Source of the DNA: Macrostomum hystrix
Taxonomy: Eukaryota > Animalia > Platyhelminthes
Assembly: GCA_950097015.1 (NCBI GenBank)
Contig: CATNEN010000038.1
Span: 29,822,001 to 29,886,000 of the forward strand
DNA length: 64,000 nt
Direction of reading: 5' to 3'
The notes beneath the pieces were generated by a model. The model was not told the origin of the DNA. It ran no database searches and was given only the letters and a program-made list of their open reading frames with translations. Positions within the stretch are counted from its first letter, which is position 1. Every line of letters starts with the position of its first letter. Shown here one piece after another: positions 49,829 through 63,184 of this stretch. The position numbers were made by a program, and so were the translations under genes.

Positions 49829-51129
49829 AACAACAAACCTATAACATACATTATAATAATTCATTAATATTGACGTGCGTGAATAAGTTGCTTCAAGTAG
49901 AAATATACGCATTGTAAAATAAACATGCCGACACGACATCACTAGATATAATCTCATATTCACAGTACACCAAGTGAACATCGGTGAACATCAGGCTAAC
50001 ATCGATAATGCCGATCTCAATCTTCTGGTTCCAGAAAGTCTGGATATTGTCCAGCAGCAGGGTCTTTCTGGCGATGATGCAGTCTGACAATCTGCGCACC
50101 CACATCTGTGCTTAAGTACCAATAAGGCAGCCGATCAGGCGGGTGACCCCTGCCCGCGGCTTGGCTCAGTTGAAAATGCGCATTAAAGCAATCAGGTTAA
50201 GCTAAGTTGTTTCTTATGTCAGTACCCACTACCAGTGCGTAAAATAATATCATTTTTAGTTGACGCAAGCATAGAATTATGGCATGAAAAGTTTAAAAAA
50301 CGTTTAATGTACATATAATTATTGTCCCGCATATGTGAAAATGATGGAAATTATGCATATATTGTGTTCCTTGACAATATTTTCAGGAATCAGAGAGCAA
50401 CCATAACGCTTTGGTTGACAATCAAGTCTCATTATTAAGAACAGCTTTAACTTTCTGAACAGTGAAGAAGAAAGGATCAGTCTGCACATCTGGGCTCTGA
50501 TCATCCAATATATATATCCACGCCAAGACAGACGTACCTTTCATTGTCTGATTGGCTGGTACGAGACAAAAGGCAGACTTGCTCGTCACTAAGACCAGAG
50601 GTTGTCAATAAGCACGAACCTGCTTTGCTGTATCTCTTATTGAGATTATCAATGGCCGAGTTATACTAATCGCAGCAGTTTGATCACCGCTGAGCATGGA
50701 CCGATTGTTGTCTCTGAGTCCTGTGTGCAGTTCCAGTTGACAGTAGCTAAAAAACTGCGGGGGAAAGTGTAAGTTATTCAATAAATGACATAAGATTTAT
50801 CAAGACAAGAATTAGATTTCTGGAAGCGTTAGATTTCCAGGAAAAAGCAAGAGACTTCCGGGGTACAGCATGATATTGCCAGCGGACAGCATTAATTATC
50901 AAGAAGGAAATATTAATTATACATGGATAAGTACGAATTATGCAGGAAAAGCAAAAATTATCCAAGGAAGCATGAAATAACGTGGGAAAAGGTATGAATT
51001 ATCAAGGGGAAATCATGATTTTTTATCGGGGCGTATAGTAAAATCAACCAGCGCCCCACTGCTGGGAGGGCGTATAGCGGGGCGCCGGCGCCCCACCCTG
51101 CGCCCCCCGCCGGTGTCCCACCAGGCGTA

Positions 51130-51790
51130 TAAGTTTTTTATCATTCTCTTTTAGGATTTTTGGATATAACTTACTGTTATATCCAAATAGTAGCAATAGT
51201 AAGAGCTATTGATTATCTACTGTCAAAGCAAATATTTTTGCTTATAATTGCGCTTCTCGCTCTGAGAAAAGAAAACTATTTTTTAGTGCAGCAGCAGCAA
51301 GTTTTATTCGATACAAAACTGAGTAAAGAATATTCGAGCATTTGTGCCATGCAGCTTTTTTTAGATAAATTGTACTTTTAGAAAATACTTTGAGCAAAGC
51401 TATAATTGGCGCAGTTCATTAAAAATGTTAACTTTTTTTCGAGCATTCTTGCAAGCAATATTCAATAGGGCTATAAAATAAATGAAGACTGTTTGCGGAT
51501 AGGTTGCTGTTAAATTTATTTATTCTAAACTAAAAAAAATTTCCAGCATAGCTGCAAGCGTATGTTAAGCGCTCAACATAAAAAATATGTTGAGCATAGC
51601 TAAAAGCGTTATTATTTTTTGTTTTAACTTTTTCGAGCATTTCTTCAAGAGGTATCGGTTTAAAAATCAATGAAGACTGTTCGAGCATACGTGGCTGTCG
51701 GCGTTATTTTATTTTCAAAACTAAAGAAAATTATTTCGAGCATTGCTATTATTAGATTCAAAACTAGCAGACAGTTTTTTAATCCTTGCT
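51130..51790 (+). repeat. ~650-bp dispersed repeat, copy 1 (copy 2 at 63185-63805)
   Basis: Colinear shared blocks such as ctactgtcaaagcaaatatttt, gcgcttctcgctctgagaaaagaaaact, catttcttcaagaggtatcggtttaaaaatcaat. Confidence 0.85.
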
Positions 51791-51859
51791 AATAGCATTT
51801 GCTCTAAAATGCTAAGCGCGGCGTTTTTTCGTGCAGGGAAGTAATCATAGTTTTTTTAA

Positions 51860-52240
51860 CTGGGGGGACATTAGTTCTCTGCTGATGGGGGGACATTAGT
51901 TCTCTGCTGCTGGGGGAACATTGGTTCTCTGCTGCTGGGGGACATTGGTTCTCTGCTGCTGGGGGGACATTGGTTCTCTGCTGCTGGGGGAACATTGGTT
52001 CTCTGCTGCTGGGGGACATTGGTTCTCTGCTGCTGGGGGGACATTGGTTCTCTGCTGCTGGGGGACATTGGTTCTCTGCTGCTGGGGGATATTGGTTCTC
52101 TGCTGCTGGGGGGACATTGGTTCTCTGCTGCTGGGGGGACATTGGTTCTCTGCTGCTGGGGGGACATTGGTTCTCTGCTGCTGGGGGGACATTGGTTCTC
52201 TGCTGCTGGGGGGAAATTAGTTCTCTGCTGCTGAGGGGAT
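51860..52240. repeat. 24/25-bp minisatellite (gttctctgctgctggggggacattg)
   Basis: Same family as 63805-64000. Confidence 0.93.
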
Positions 52241-52969
52241 AGTATTCACATGTACCTTAGTAGCAATAAGCTGAATTGTATCAAACGTAAGTTACTTGTG
52301 TAATTTTGCCCTAACGGGACTCTTGGTGTACAGAACGGATGTCCCAGAATGTATTCAAGCTCAGACTGACTATTTTTGTATTTATTGAGAATTCTAATTC
52401 TCGTTGAATCGCAATCATGTACTTGTAAATTCGCAATCAGGGAAATTCATACCAACGAAATGAGTTTTCATTTAACTGTTTGCTTTCAGGTGCGTTTTGT
52501 CCTTCTGCATTACACAAGATTTTTTTTGTCTTGAACAGTAGTGCCCCCAAATAGGGCTTGGTGTGCTAGTTGTTTTACAAACTCGATCGATCTCATCACG
52601 ATAATATAATTTCGTGCCAATGTAACTATTTTCGTAGTATAGGCCACTTGTGACCTCTGCAATACAGGCCTAATGCTTCAGAGACTAAAGATCCCTAAGC
52701 CGAAAGTAACTAAGCAATGATTTCATTGTTTAGTCAGCTTTCAGTGACAAATCAACTCCCCTTTGGCTGAATGATTGTTGGATAACTTCAATGTTAACTA
52801 GCTTATTAGCTAGCTAGCCTGCCACGTGTCCTCCTTCACACCTACCTTAACATTCGCATCGAAAGACACAGAAGATAAGACACACACACAAATTAATATT
52901 GGCGCACCTGATTAAATCATTAATAAGCACATTTGCCCGAAAAAACTAATTCATGGTAAAGCCCCTACC

Positions 52970-53156
52970 CAATCCAAGGTGGACCCCCTGCCAAATCCAA
53001 GGTGGTGCCCCACCAAATCCAGGGCTGGAGCCCGACCAAATCCAGGGCTGGAGCCCGACCAAATCCAGAGGTGGAGCACCCACCGAATCCAGAGGTGGAG
53101 CCCCCACCAAATCCAGAGGTGGACCCCCAAATCCAGAGGTGGAGCCCCAAATCCAG
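52970..53156. repeat. ~23-bp degenerate repeat (aaatccagaggtggagcccccacc)
   Basis: ~8 copies. Confidence 0.85.
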
Positions 53157-54301
53157 TAAAAGTTCCTGGCTATGCATGACTTGCAGTATCATGGCACGGA
53201 ATGGTTGATATGCCCTGAAAACTAAATTATCGCTCGTGAACTGCAAATAACAGGAGAATTGGGATTGAGTAACTATACATTATGTTTTAAATGGGTTTTC
53301 TTATGTAATTGCGCCGATAAATTGTTTTTTTCGCGTAAATTATCCTCAATGCTACATGGGGGCATGTATTTCTGCTGTGCTGAAATACAAACAAATATAA
53401 ATCGATTTCAGCTGAGCCATTGTCTAATTTAGTTTGACAGGATAGAAAATGAGTATTCGAATCGATTAAGACTGTATAATTCCAGCACACTATGCTTAAC
53501 AAAATGCCTTAGTCCCCATAAAATTAAGGCAGAGGCCGAAACAAGTTAAACGCGAAACCTAGCTAGCCTTTGATTCTATAATGCGACTCCACTATATTTG
53601 TCACATCTGCTGTATTGATTTTTGCCTGCGGCTAGATCAGGAAAGTTAAAGCGAGTCATGTCAACGAATCTACCAGCGTGAAGTCAGATGCTTGGCATTG
53701 AGACTCGTTTCTGAGCCGCGAAAATATCATGGAACTGATTATGGCTGAATATCTATAATGGTGTTCATTTATTTCCATTTGCAGCAAATCGTCAGCGGCG
53801 TATTTCAAATTTCCTAAAATGTTAAAATAAACGCTGTCTAAAAGACAATCAATACAAATCTACCTTAACATTGCAATTATAACAGGCGTCAAAACATAGT
53901 AGTTGAACACTATTCTAACATTCTCAGGGAGTCCATGGACTGATGTCAGTGTCTGAGCTTACTTATTTTGCAGGGGGGCTTGGGGCACTTGACGCACAAA
54001 CTCAGGAACGGCATGTCCCCAGGCCGGCGAGCTAGGCGGGAGTCGCCCATCGCGCCATCTGGACCCCTGAACTCAGGCACCTCACACACAGCAGCAAGCC
54101 AAGCGGGGAAGGGGGCGCCAGCCGGACTGCCTCTCACCCCAGGCCCGCGCACGCACAGAGCTGACCAAACCAGGGGAGGACTTAGATGCCTGAAGGGTAG
54201 GGACGAGAGTACACATTGGTGCACACCCGCCCGAACCCCCATCCAACGCCTCACACCCGGCCCAACGCACAAACACAAACACAAACAAGCAGGCATGCAG
54301 A

Positions 54302-54510
54302 AGGGTGGCTTTCACAAAACCAAAATTTCACAACGCCGAAAAGTAAAAATGCAGACCCCTTCACAAGAATTTTCAGCGTTGTGAAATTTCGGTCTTATGA
54401 AGTTTCGGTCTCATGAAAGACAGTGCTAGATTTTTCGGCGCTGTGAAGTTTCGGACTTATGAAAAAATGTGTTCCGGCGTTCTGAAATTTCGGTCTTGTG
54501 AAGCCACTCC
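54302..54510. mobile_element. Small foldback MITE with ~36-bp imperfect TIRs
   Basis: gggtggctttcacaaaaccaaaatttcacaacgccg vs reverse complement of cggcgttctgaaatttcggtcttgtgaagccactcc; internal subrepeats tttcggtct. Confidence 0.55.
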
Positions 54511-54911
54511 TATTTGTTGTTGCCAGTAATAAACTGATACCCCTCCAGCCGGACCAAGCGAACTACCCGGCTGCAACAAATTTGAGCCTTGGCACATCCT
54601 AACTGGCCTAGATGCATCATTTGGTGACACTAGACCCGCAGCCAGCGAGGAGGCAGTTCCGCCCATTCCGCTGACTCCTGAGCACACACGCACACAGATA
54701 CTTTACACAGGCACACGCTCACACTGGTGTGTACATCTGCCCTGACTTTCTCATCTTCAGGCAGTGTACACTCTCACTGTGCCTTGGAGGTTGGGTGGGG
54801 CCTTAAAGGGTGTAAATTGCACGACAAGCCTTCAAGCCTTCTCTCCGTGGCTGCGTCCCAAATGAGTGGCCTCGCCGCGGAATCGTGCTCAGGGACCTTC
54901 GTGCGAGAGGC

Positions 54912-55135
54912 TGTAGCAGCAAATTCACTTCTTTCTTTTAACTCTTAATATTTAAAGATTCAAATGGTACTTTTATTTCCCCCCTTACGGCTAATTTGTC
55001 TATGACCCTTGTTATCGATAGGTACAGTTGCCCGGTTAAGACTTAAATGTAACCCCACGACAAAACTAAATAAACAAGCGCAAGCTTTTGCCGACTCTTA
55101 AATTTAACAGCAACATTTGTAGCAAGTCAGCTACA
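54912..55135 (+). repeat. 5' LTR
   Basis: Direct repeat of 57915-58138; TG...CA ends; AATAAA inside. Confidence 0.95.
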
Positions 55136-57835
55136 AAATTGGTAGCAGAGCGTGGTTGTCAACTCAAAAATTTCCCGCGATTACTGGAGGCACCGGACTA
55201 CACCGCGCCACCCGCCACATCTGTGCGACACCGCATCGAGACGACAGGTGAACCTGTATTCTGTCGACCTCGCCCATTATCCCCAGCGAAGTACGAAATC
55301 GCAAAGTTGGAATTCGACAAGCTCCTCCGCTTCGGTATCGTTCGCCCCTCGGCCAGTCCCTGGGCCTCCCCGCTTCACATGGTGAAGAAGAGGGACGGCT
55401 CCTGGCGACCATGTGGAGATTATCGAGCACTGAACGCGGCAACCAAACCAGACCGTTACCCTATTCCGAACATCAATCATTTTCACCATCGTCTACATGG
55501 AGCGAAAGTGTTCAGCACCCTTGACCTGGTTAAGGCCTACCACTTCATCCCGATTGCAGACGAAGATGTTGAGAAAACAGCGATTTGCACGCCATTTGGT
55601 TCTTTCGAATACATTCGCATGCCATTCGGCCTGAGAAACGCCGCCAGCACATTCCAGCGATACGTAGATTCCGTCTTTAGCGACCTCCCGTTCGTAACAT
55701 CTTACATCGACGACATCTTGGTACACAGCCAGTCACGCGAAGAACATCAAGCGCACATCGAAGAGGTGCTGCGACGTCTAAGCGACAAAGGCTTGGGCGT
55801 CAACTCTGAAAAGTGCCATTTCTTTCGCGATTCAGTGGAGTTTCTTGGGTACTTCGTCACTGCTGACGGCGTCCGACCGCTTCCGAACCGAGTCGAAGCA
55901 CTGCGGAAACTCGAGGCTCCCACTGACATGCAATCACTACGGCGCTACCTTGGCATGTTCGGTTTTTATCAGCGGTGCATTCCTAATTATGCTGAGATCG
56001 CCACCCCGCTACGACAACTCGTCACGGCGCCATTCAATTGGACGAAGCGACACGACGATGCTTGGAAAGAACTCCAGGACAGTCTGGCGAACGCAGTCAC
56101 CCTGACTTTTCCTCAAGCCAATGCCACATTCACAATCACAACCGACGCCAGCGCCACTGCCATCGGCGCAGCATTGCATCAGGTGGTAGCCGAGCAATCT
56201 TCCCCATTGGCATTCTACTCTCGCAAGCTCTCTGACACGGAAGCAGCTTACAGCACTTTTGATCGGGAACTGCTGGCTATTTTTGCTGCGGTCAAGACAT
56301 GGAAATACGTGATCCAAGGCCAACAAACCACAGTGTTCTGCGACCACAAGCCCATCAGCGGAGCGTTTAGAAATAAGATAGAACGGTTTTCCGATCGACA
56401 ACAACGCCAGCTATCCGTCATCACGGAGTTTGTGAGCGACATCATCCACATTTCCGGCAAGGACAACATCGTAGCCGACACGCTATCACGACCGGTTTAC
56501 CCATCCCAGAACCCGCCACCAACCACAATTCGACTGCTGTCTGACCTTCCTCAATGTGTGGACCTGCCAGCCATTGCACGAGCACAGAAGGAAAACCCGG
56601 AGGATGAACCCCAGACAGGCCGTTTCAGCAACTTCGACATTGGAATCAAGGACTTCCCACTGCGATGCGAAATCTCGCAGACAAACCCACGTCCCGTCAT
56701 CCCTAGGACTCTCCGACGCGCTGTTTTTGACTCGCTGCATGCATTCGCACATCCTGGCCGCAAAGCCACGCAACGACTCATCGTTTATCGTTTTTTCTGG
56801 CTAGGTATGGCTAACGACATCCAAAGGTGGGTAGCCGAATGTCAACAGTGCCAGCAGTGCAAGACAGGTCGTCACGTCCAACGCCCGTTGCAACAGCTTC
56901 CAGCACCCTCTCAACGCTTCACGACGGTCCATATCGATTTAGTCGGACCACTGCCACCCCCAGAGTCGACCGACGTTAGTCCCAGACCTCGCTACTTGCT
57001 CACAATGGTCGATGCATATTCACGTTGGATTGAAGCTGCCCCTCTCATTGACATCACCGCCACTTCAGTCGCGTGCGCCTTCCTAGAATCCTGGATTTCT
57101 CGGTTTGGCCCACCATTGACGCTGGTGACCGATCAAGGCGCGCAGTTCCGCGCGGAGCTCATGCAAAACCTGGCGACACTGCTCGGAATCCATCACATCC
57201 GCACTTCAGCCTACAATCCGAGGGCAAATGGCATCGTCGAGCGAACCCACCGAACATTAAAGTCCGGGCTGAAAGCACGTGGCAAGAACTGGCTGCAGCA
57301 GCTCCCCATCGTGCTTCTCGGAATGCGCATTTTTGCAGACGAGACAGGTGCATCGCCATTCTCCATCGTTACCGGTGAACAACCATTAGTCCCACCTGTA
57401 GTTGCCGACACCTCCTCTGTCAAGGAACTTTCCACAAGACTGCACCAACTTTTTTTTCCGTATCGCCAACCACGAACGCGCGAGGTAAGAATTCATCTGC
57501 CAGCAGACTTGGCTGCATGCACCCACGTCTGGTTGCGACTAGATCGAGTTCGACGTCCCCTAGAAGCACCCTACCAGGGACCCTATGCAGTGTTGGAGAG
57601 ACACGAAACGACATTCACATTGGAAATCAACGGCAAGCCTTCTGTAGTGTCTATCGATCGAGTGAAACCAGCTACACTCCCAGCACCGGTACCAATTAGC
57701 AAAGCACCAGCAACTACTGTAACACCGGAAAACCCACCGGCAGCAAACATACTTGCTAAAACCGCTTCCCACGTTCGTTTTTCTACAGAACCATCTGTTA
57801 AACTGTTTTACGCAACTGAACCATTATTAACCTAA
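55088..57835 (+). CDS. Gypsy pol: RT-RNase H-integrase (no cognate ATG; ORF start is an LTR-derived TTG)
   Basis: [23 protein letters not shown]; RNase [31 protein letters not shown]; integrase HHCC, HIDLVGP, TDQGAQF, GIVER, GPY. Confidence 0.93.
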   Translation: MPTLKFNSNICSKSATKLVAERGCQLKNFPRLLEAPDYTAPPATSVRHRIETTGEPVFCRPRPLSPAKYEIAKLEFDKLLRFGIVRPSASPWASPLHMVKKRDGSWRPCGDYRALNAATKPDRYPIPNINHFHHRLHGAKVFSTLDLVKAYHFIPIADEDVEKTAICTPFGSFEYIRMPFGLRNAASTFQRYVDSVFSDLPFVTSYIDDILVHSQSREEHQAHIEEVLRRLSDKGLGVNSEKCHFFRDSVEFLGYFVTADGVRPLPNRVEALRKLEAPTDMQSLRRYLGMFGFYQRCIPNYAEIATPLRQLVTAPFNWTKRHDDAWKELQDSLANAVTLTFPQANATFTITTDASATAIGAALHQVVAEQSSPLAFYSRKLSDTEAAYSTFDRELLAIFAAVKTWKYVIQGQQTTVFCDHKPISGAFRNKIERFSDRQQRQLSVITEFVSDIIHISGKDNIVADTLSRPVYPSQNPPPTTIRLLSDLPQCVDLPAIARAQKENPEDEPQTGRFSNFDIGIKDFPLRCEISQTNPRPVIPRTLRRAVFDSLHAFAHPGRKATQRLIVYRFFWLGMANDIQRWVAECQQCQQCKTGRHVQRPLQQLPAPSQRFTTVHIDLVGPLPPPESTDVSPRPRYLLTMVDAYSRWIEAAPLIDITATSVACAFLESWISRFGPPLTLVTDQGAQFRAELMQNLATLLGIHHIRTSAYNPRANGIVERTHRTLKSGLKARGKNWLQQLPIVLLGMRIFADETGASPFSIVTGEQPLVPPVVADTSSVKELSTRLHQLFFPYRQPRTREVRIHLPADLAACTHVWLRLDRVRRPLEAPYQGPYAVLERHETTFTLEINGKPSVVSIDRVKPATLPAPVPISKAPATTVTPENPPAANILAKTASHVRFSTEPSVKLFYATEPLLT

Positions 57836-57914
57836 CTGAAAATCGTTTTCTAACTGTTTCATAACAACAATCAAAACCTTTGCATAAACTCCGTTTTGGG
57901 TGGGGGGAGTATCT

Positions 57915-58138
57915 TGTAGCAGCAAATTCACTTCTTTCTTTTAACTCTTAATATTTAAAGATTCAAATGGTACTTTTATTTCCCCCCTTACGGCTAATTT
58001 GTCTATGACCCTTGTTATCGATAGGTACAGTTGCCCGGTTAAGACTTAAATGTAACCCCACGACAAAACTAAATAAACAAGCGCAAGCTTTTGCCGACTC
58101 TTAAATTTAACAGCAACATTTGTAGCAAGTCAGCTACA
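57915..58138 (+). repeat. 3' LTR
   Basis: Direct repeat of 54912-55135. Confidence 0.95.
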
Positions 58139-59012
58139 AGGCAAACGCGTTAACCACTGTGCTATACTCACCCCAAAAACAAGACAATTTCCGACGATAG
58201 AAACACTAGAATGCAACTCAGAATTCTAGTTGCAAATTGATGCCTCTCTATTTGTTTATTTTTTGTAGCAAGTCAATCAAACAGACGATCTTAAGGCTTC
58301 ATAATGAGCTCTGTCATTAAAGCCAAAGCTGCTGCTCTAATTTAGGAAAGTGGGGCTCATCAACGCTCGGATCTTGTCACTGCCTGAGTCGCTTCTCAAG
58401 CCCGTCTTAAGAAAAATCGTTGAGCCTGATTTTTCGGGCTCAAAAATCGAGGGCCCGCTCCTCGGCGGCGTTGGCGCCCGCGGCGTTTCCGGCGCGTTTG
58501 ACCTCTATGGTACCTCCGCCGGAAATGTACCGTACCGGCCAGGCACGCTTTTCGGCACTGGAATAGATTTTTTATGTTTTGTTTTTGCTTTTTCTTACCG
58601 CGTTCCATATTATTCTACTGCCTTTTTGCTGTTTATTATATTACTGTTACCCCATCCAGGGGGCTGTTGGCACTACTGACGCACCATATGGTGGGTGTAG
58701 TTGCTTTTCCAGTCTTCGGACTGAACAGCTGTACACATTCGTTCGAACCTTTGGGTAGCTATATAGCGACGGTCCGGACCCTAACTGCGGACCCTCGTCG
58801 GACCCTTTTTCGGACCTTTTAAAATTACAGTGTACGGTTGAGACACCTTCTATCCAATCTCGTGCAATGGGACTAAATGTATGTTTCTTCCTTCGTCTAT
58901 ATATTGCTTTGCCGATGTTGAAACGGGCATACTCTTATCTAAAGTTACTATTTATAACTAATGCTTGTGTACATGTACCTGTGTGGTACTCGGTTGGGGT
59001 TGGGCGTGAGGT

Positions 59013-59270
59013 TCTAGCCTCATGGTTGAAACGTCGGACCACGACTTGAAAGTCGGGGTTTCGATTCCCGAGTCCACTAAAACAGTTTGAGTCGTTTAGC
59101 AAGACACTTAACTCAGCATTGCTTCAGTTGACTCAGCTGTCAATCAGGGACCAGCATCAGCTGGGGTAATTGAGGGTGGGGGTGGGTTACAACAGCCGCA
59201 CGCAGCCTTCAGATGCGCCGCATAATAGCTGCGACTTTGCTGTCGGCTGCACATCACACCCGATTGGAGC
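59013..59270 (+). mobile_element. SINE family B copy
   Basis: tagcctatggtt...gtttcgattccc...gcaagacacttaactc. Confidence 0.65.
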
Positions 59271-59827
59271 AGAAATGTTTTTTAATTAGTATTTAAATTT
59301 CTTACAAACTTAAGGTCGAAAAATAGAAACCCATTTCCTTTCAGAATATATAATCATCTTATCCACGTCAATAAAGTACCTATTTGACGAAAGAAAGGCG
59401 AAAGGTAGGCAAGCTGACACCAATGTGAGACAAAACCTCCCAGTCCCATGTCTGTTCTGACCCATTTATGTTCCAATCATGCCATGTATTGCATTGGACT
59501 GGAATCATGCACTGGAGTCAGCAAAACACAATCATCAAGTTTTGGTATAAAGTAGGTTTTGTGAATACAAAAGCATTCATTTTTAAGTGTCATCAACAGG
59601 ATGGAAGCCATCACAGGTGAATTGTAACCACAGTCAGTCACAAAAGTGTTAGTGGAAGCAATTATAACAGCTAGAATGTTATATACTTTGTTTTCAAGGC
59701 AGTTTTATGCAGTTAAATTTTAGTGAAACAATTTAGAAAATTGTATTAGTATGTGAAACTGAAATTCATTTACTATTAGTTTACTATAATAATATTATAT
59801 ATATAATTGCTGGATGGCTGCGGGAAC

Positions 59828-60120
59828 GGCACATCATTTTGTGACACTAGACCCGCAGCCAGCGAGGAGGCAATTCTGCCCATTTCCCTGACTCCTGAGC
59901 ACACACGCAAAGGGGGCGTGTACATGCCCTGCCCTGACTTTCTCCTCCTGAGGCAGTATGTACTCTTACTGCACCTTGGATGTTGGCCCTCAATGGCGTA
60001 AATTGCACGACAAGCCCCCAAGCCTTGTCTCCGGGTGGCTGCGCCCCAAATGAATGTGGCCTCGCCGCGGAATCGAATTCAGGGACATTGGTGTTAGAGG
60101 CAAACGCTCAACCACTCACT
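59828..60120 (-). mobile_element. SINE family A copy
   Basis: High similarity to 54610-54911. Confidence 0.75.
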
Positions 60121-62329
60121 TTCGGCACAAAGCCTTACCTGTACTCAGGATCGGGGTATTCAGTAGCTTCCTGCCGTCCGCTCTTAGGTGGCCAGGCCTT
60201 AGACGGCCCGACGATGATGGCGAGAAAAACTGAATAAAAATGAAAATAAAAAATGAAATACAGCCTCTTTCCAGACCATTTGAGATCGTAATTTATCCCC
60301 CAAGATTCGCAACATCCATATATCTGGCCATTGAATTAGCCCCATAAATCTAGTTGAGGGATAAGATTGATCGTTGATAAGATTTAGTATCAACTGCACA
60401 CACTAAAAATGACGTTTTTAAAATTCTCACTGTCGCCATTTCAGAACGCTGCTCAGCAAACGGATGCGGTTTTTGCTAAAAGGTGTCAAACACCTAGGCC
60501 TTTCAGGACAGGTATGTTTCGTTGTCAAGGACGCGTTGCTAGGTTGCCATGGCAACGAAAAACACGGTTTTTCGAGTTGTTGGGGAATTTTATCTTGAAA
60601 AATAAGGATTCAGTACATGGTGTCGCCTAATGCTCTATATCAGCGTATGCAGGAATTTAGGAGCTACAATAGTAAATTGTAGATAGAAATAGTAAATGTT
60701 TTTTAGTAAATTTGTGCATTTGTACATCAAAAGCTAAAAAACGTGTTTTTCGAGGTGCAAAAATCGAATTTTTTCAAAGTTTGGCATGAAGCAGCTCAAA
60801 GGTCGCGCATCAGCGTGACCTTTGAGCTGCTGAACTGTCGATTGGACATCAGGGCTATCGAATGATAGCATGCGCAATCGCAGATGTTCACCTGCTCTAC
60901 AAAAGTACACGTGTAATGTAAAAGTACATTTTGTACTGGTGCACTTTGAGGCCTTCTTAAGTAGAGAAGACAGTGTCGCATGTTTCTACAATTATCTGGA
61001 TGTTGCCTAAATTGCTGTGTTGGTTTCAGTTTTTAGAGCACTGTCCAGGTTTTTTCTGGCTTCAAAGTTCAAAAACGAGTTTTTGGTCATTTTTTGTCAT
61101 TTATGACTCATAAACTTTGTAACTGAAAAACATAAAACGTTGCAAAATGGGGTATAATTTTCGAACGCGAATCGAAAAAAAGTGACTCGAAATTTTTTTT
61201 TTGTAGCCTTAAATTGTTCCTAGATAGATGCCCTAAACATCTGATGTGAAATTTTGAAAACAATAGGCACAGTTTTTCTTTAGTTGCAGTTTTGTTTTTC
61301 AATTTTGCACCCCAAAGTTTGCAACGTTTTTGCATATGAAATTCGAATGGGACATGGCAGCGTTGCACAAGTGCTGTCTTTTGAAAGCATTGGGGGTCCA
61401 ATTTGTTTAGACACAAAGCTTATTGTCATAAATTTCATGAAGGGCAAACTAATGAAGGCCTTTTAAAGAACTTTAGCGAATTGGAAATTAATTTTAAATT
61501 AATTCGACCTAAGTAGGTCTAATGTTATTTTGTTACATTTTGTTTTATTTTATAGTGCGTATTAATTTTGGGGATCCTCCTTTTAAATTAAGTAAATCCA
61601 ATTTCAATCTGCGTAATCAGTGTACAGTTTACAGTGCCGAGAATGGAACCATTTTCTCGGCGCTCACCAAAGTCAAGTTAAACTCAGCTACTCACCAAGA
61701 CCAAGACAGATCTGCACCAGAAAGCTGCTTGCCGGCATTGTGCTTGCAATATTCTGGAAATTTTCCATTGATGGAATTATTACACTCGCGTTTCATTTTC
61801 AATTGTAATTTACGATCAAACTGCCGATATTTACCTTCAATCTGTGAGAAAATCACTCTGATTTAGTGTAACTTTTAGATGAAGATAAAGCAAATAATAA
61901 TGCAGATGCGTCTTTCTTACCGAATGTAGCTGGGCTGTTTCAACTTCGATCCAAGGTTTATTCTACGCTTTATTGTCGTCGGTTAACGAGCCAAGTCTGT
62001 TTGCTATCGCCACCCTTGACTTATATTCTGTTAGATAAAGCGGCACTGGCTGGCTGCATTCTGATTGGCTGCCGAGTGCCCAATGCATTTGAAATAAGTT
62101 GCTACCAGTTCTAGATATTTGTATTCTCACATTACTACTTAATTGGTCCAACGCAAGTTTCTAGGAAAGTTTCTATCATGGCCAACATTGAATACTTGTC
62201 AAGTCATGCAAAGTAGACATTTACTGTGAATACTTGGATCGTCACCATTTCAAACTTTCCATTTGAAACTTGTCAAGTACAAAGTACCATTGCTGACTTG
62301 TCAAGTTTGCTATGTTTTTTTTTCTCGGG

Positions 62330-63130
62330 TATGAACTAACGGAGGGAAACTATGAACTAACGGAGGGAAACTATGAACTAACGGAGGGAAACTATGAACT
62401 AACGGAGGGAAACTATGAACTAACGGAGGGACACTATGAACTAACGGAGGGAAACTATGAACTAACGGAGGGAAACTATGAACTAACGGAGGGAAACTAT
62501 GAACTAACGGAGGGACACTATGAACTAACGGAGGGAAACTATGAACTAACGGAGGGACACTATGAACTAACGGAGGGACACTATGAACTAACGGAGGGAA
62601 ACTATGAACTAACGGAGGGACACTATGAACTAACGGAGGGAAACTATGAACTAACGGAGGGAAACTATGAACTAACGGAGGGAAACTATGAACTAACGGA
62701 GGGAAACTATCAATTATACAGGGGAAGCATGATGTAGCGAGGGAAAAGAATGAATTATTAAGGGCGAAGCATGAGTTATCGATGGGAAGCATGAATTATC
62801 GACACTTATCGAGAGGGTAGAATAAATTATTGAGGGGTAGCATGTATTAACGAGTGGAAGTATGAACTAACGTGGGAAATTTATGAATTATCAACGGGTA
62901 GCCTGAATTATCGTGGGAAAAGCATAAATTTAGTGGGTAGCATAAATCATTGAGCGGGTAGCAAGATATGTCCAGGGAGAACATGATTTAACAAAGTGGT
63001 AACATGAATTATTGAGGGGAAAGCATAAATTATCGAGGGGGTAGCACTATTTATCGAAAGGGTTAGAATGTATTATCGAAGGGGTTGCATTACTTACCGA
63101 GAGGGTCGCATGGTTTACCGAGGGGCAGCA
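62330..63130. repeat. 21-bp minisatellite (tatgaactaacggagggaaac), degenerate after 62710
   Basis: ~18 clean copies, then diverged ones. Confidence 0.92.
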
Positions 63131-63184
63131 TGATATATTGAGTAATCTTTTATAATGAACAGTTAAAAAGGTAAGTACGGTTCG

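Larger units (their letters stand above)
54912..58138 (+). mobile_element. Ty3/Gypsy LTR retrotransposon lacking gag and protease (3,227 bp)
   Basis: 224-bp LTRs TGTAGC...GCTACA at 54912-55135 and 57915-58138, no differences seen; 4-bp TSD AGGC; PBS tggtagcagagc (tRNA-iMet-like) at 55140; PPT just before the 3' LTR. Confidence 0.95.
54610..58175 (-). mobile_element. SINE family A copy split by the Gypsy insertion (54610-54911 and 58139-58175)
   Basis: Removing the LTR element and one AGGC restores gggtgagtatagcacagtggttaacgcgtttgcctctcgcacgaaggtccctgagcacgattccgcggcgagg. Confidence 0.8.

Noticed and set aside
58262-58275. 14-bp match to the LTR 3' end (tttgtagcaagtca) just downstream of the element
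   Set aside because: Too short and AT-rich to distinguish from chance
58350-58510. GC-rich segment with ccgc-tcctcg-gcgg resembling the HDV ribozyme P3/L3
   Set aside because: No convincing 7-bp P1 starting with G and no catalytic CNRA J4/2 after the P4-like hairpin
62310-62792. YELTEGN and PPLVHSF repeat ORFs
   Set aside because: 21-bp minisatellite artefacts with no supporting gene structure
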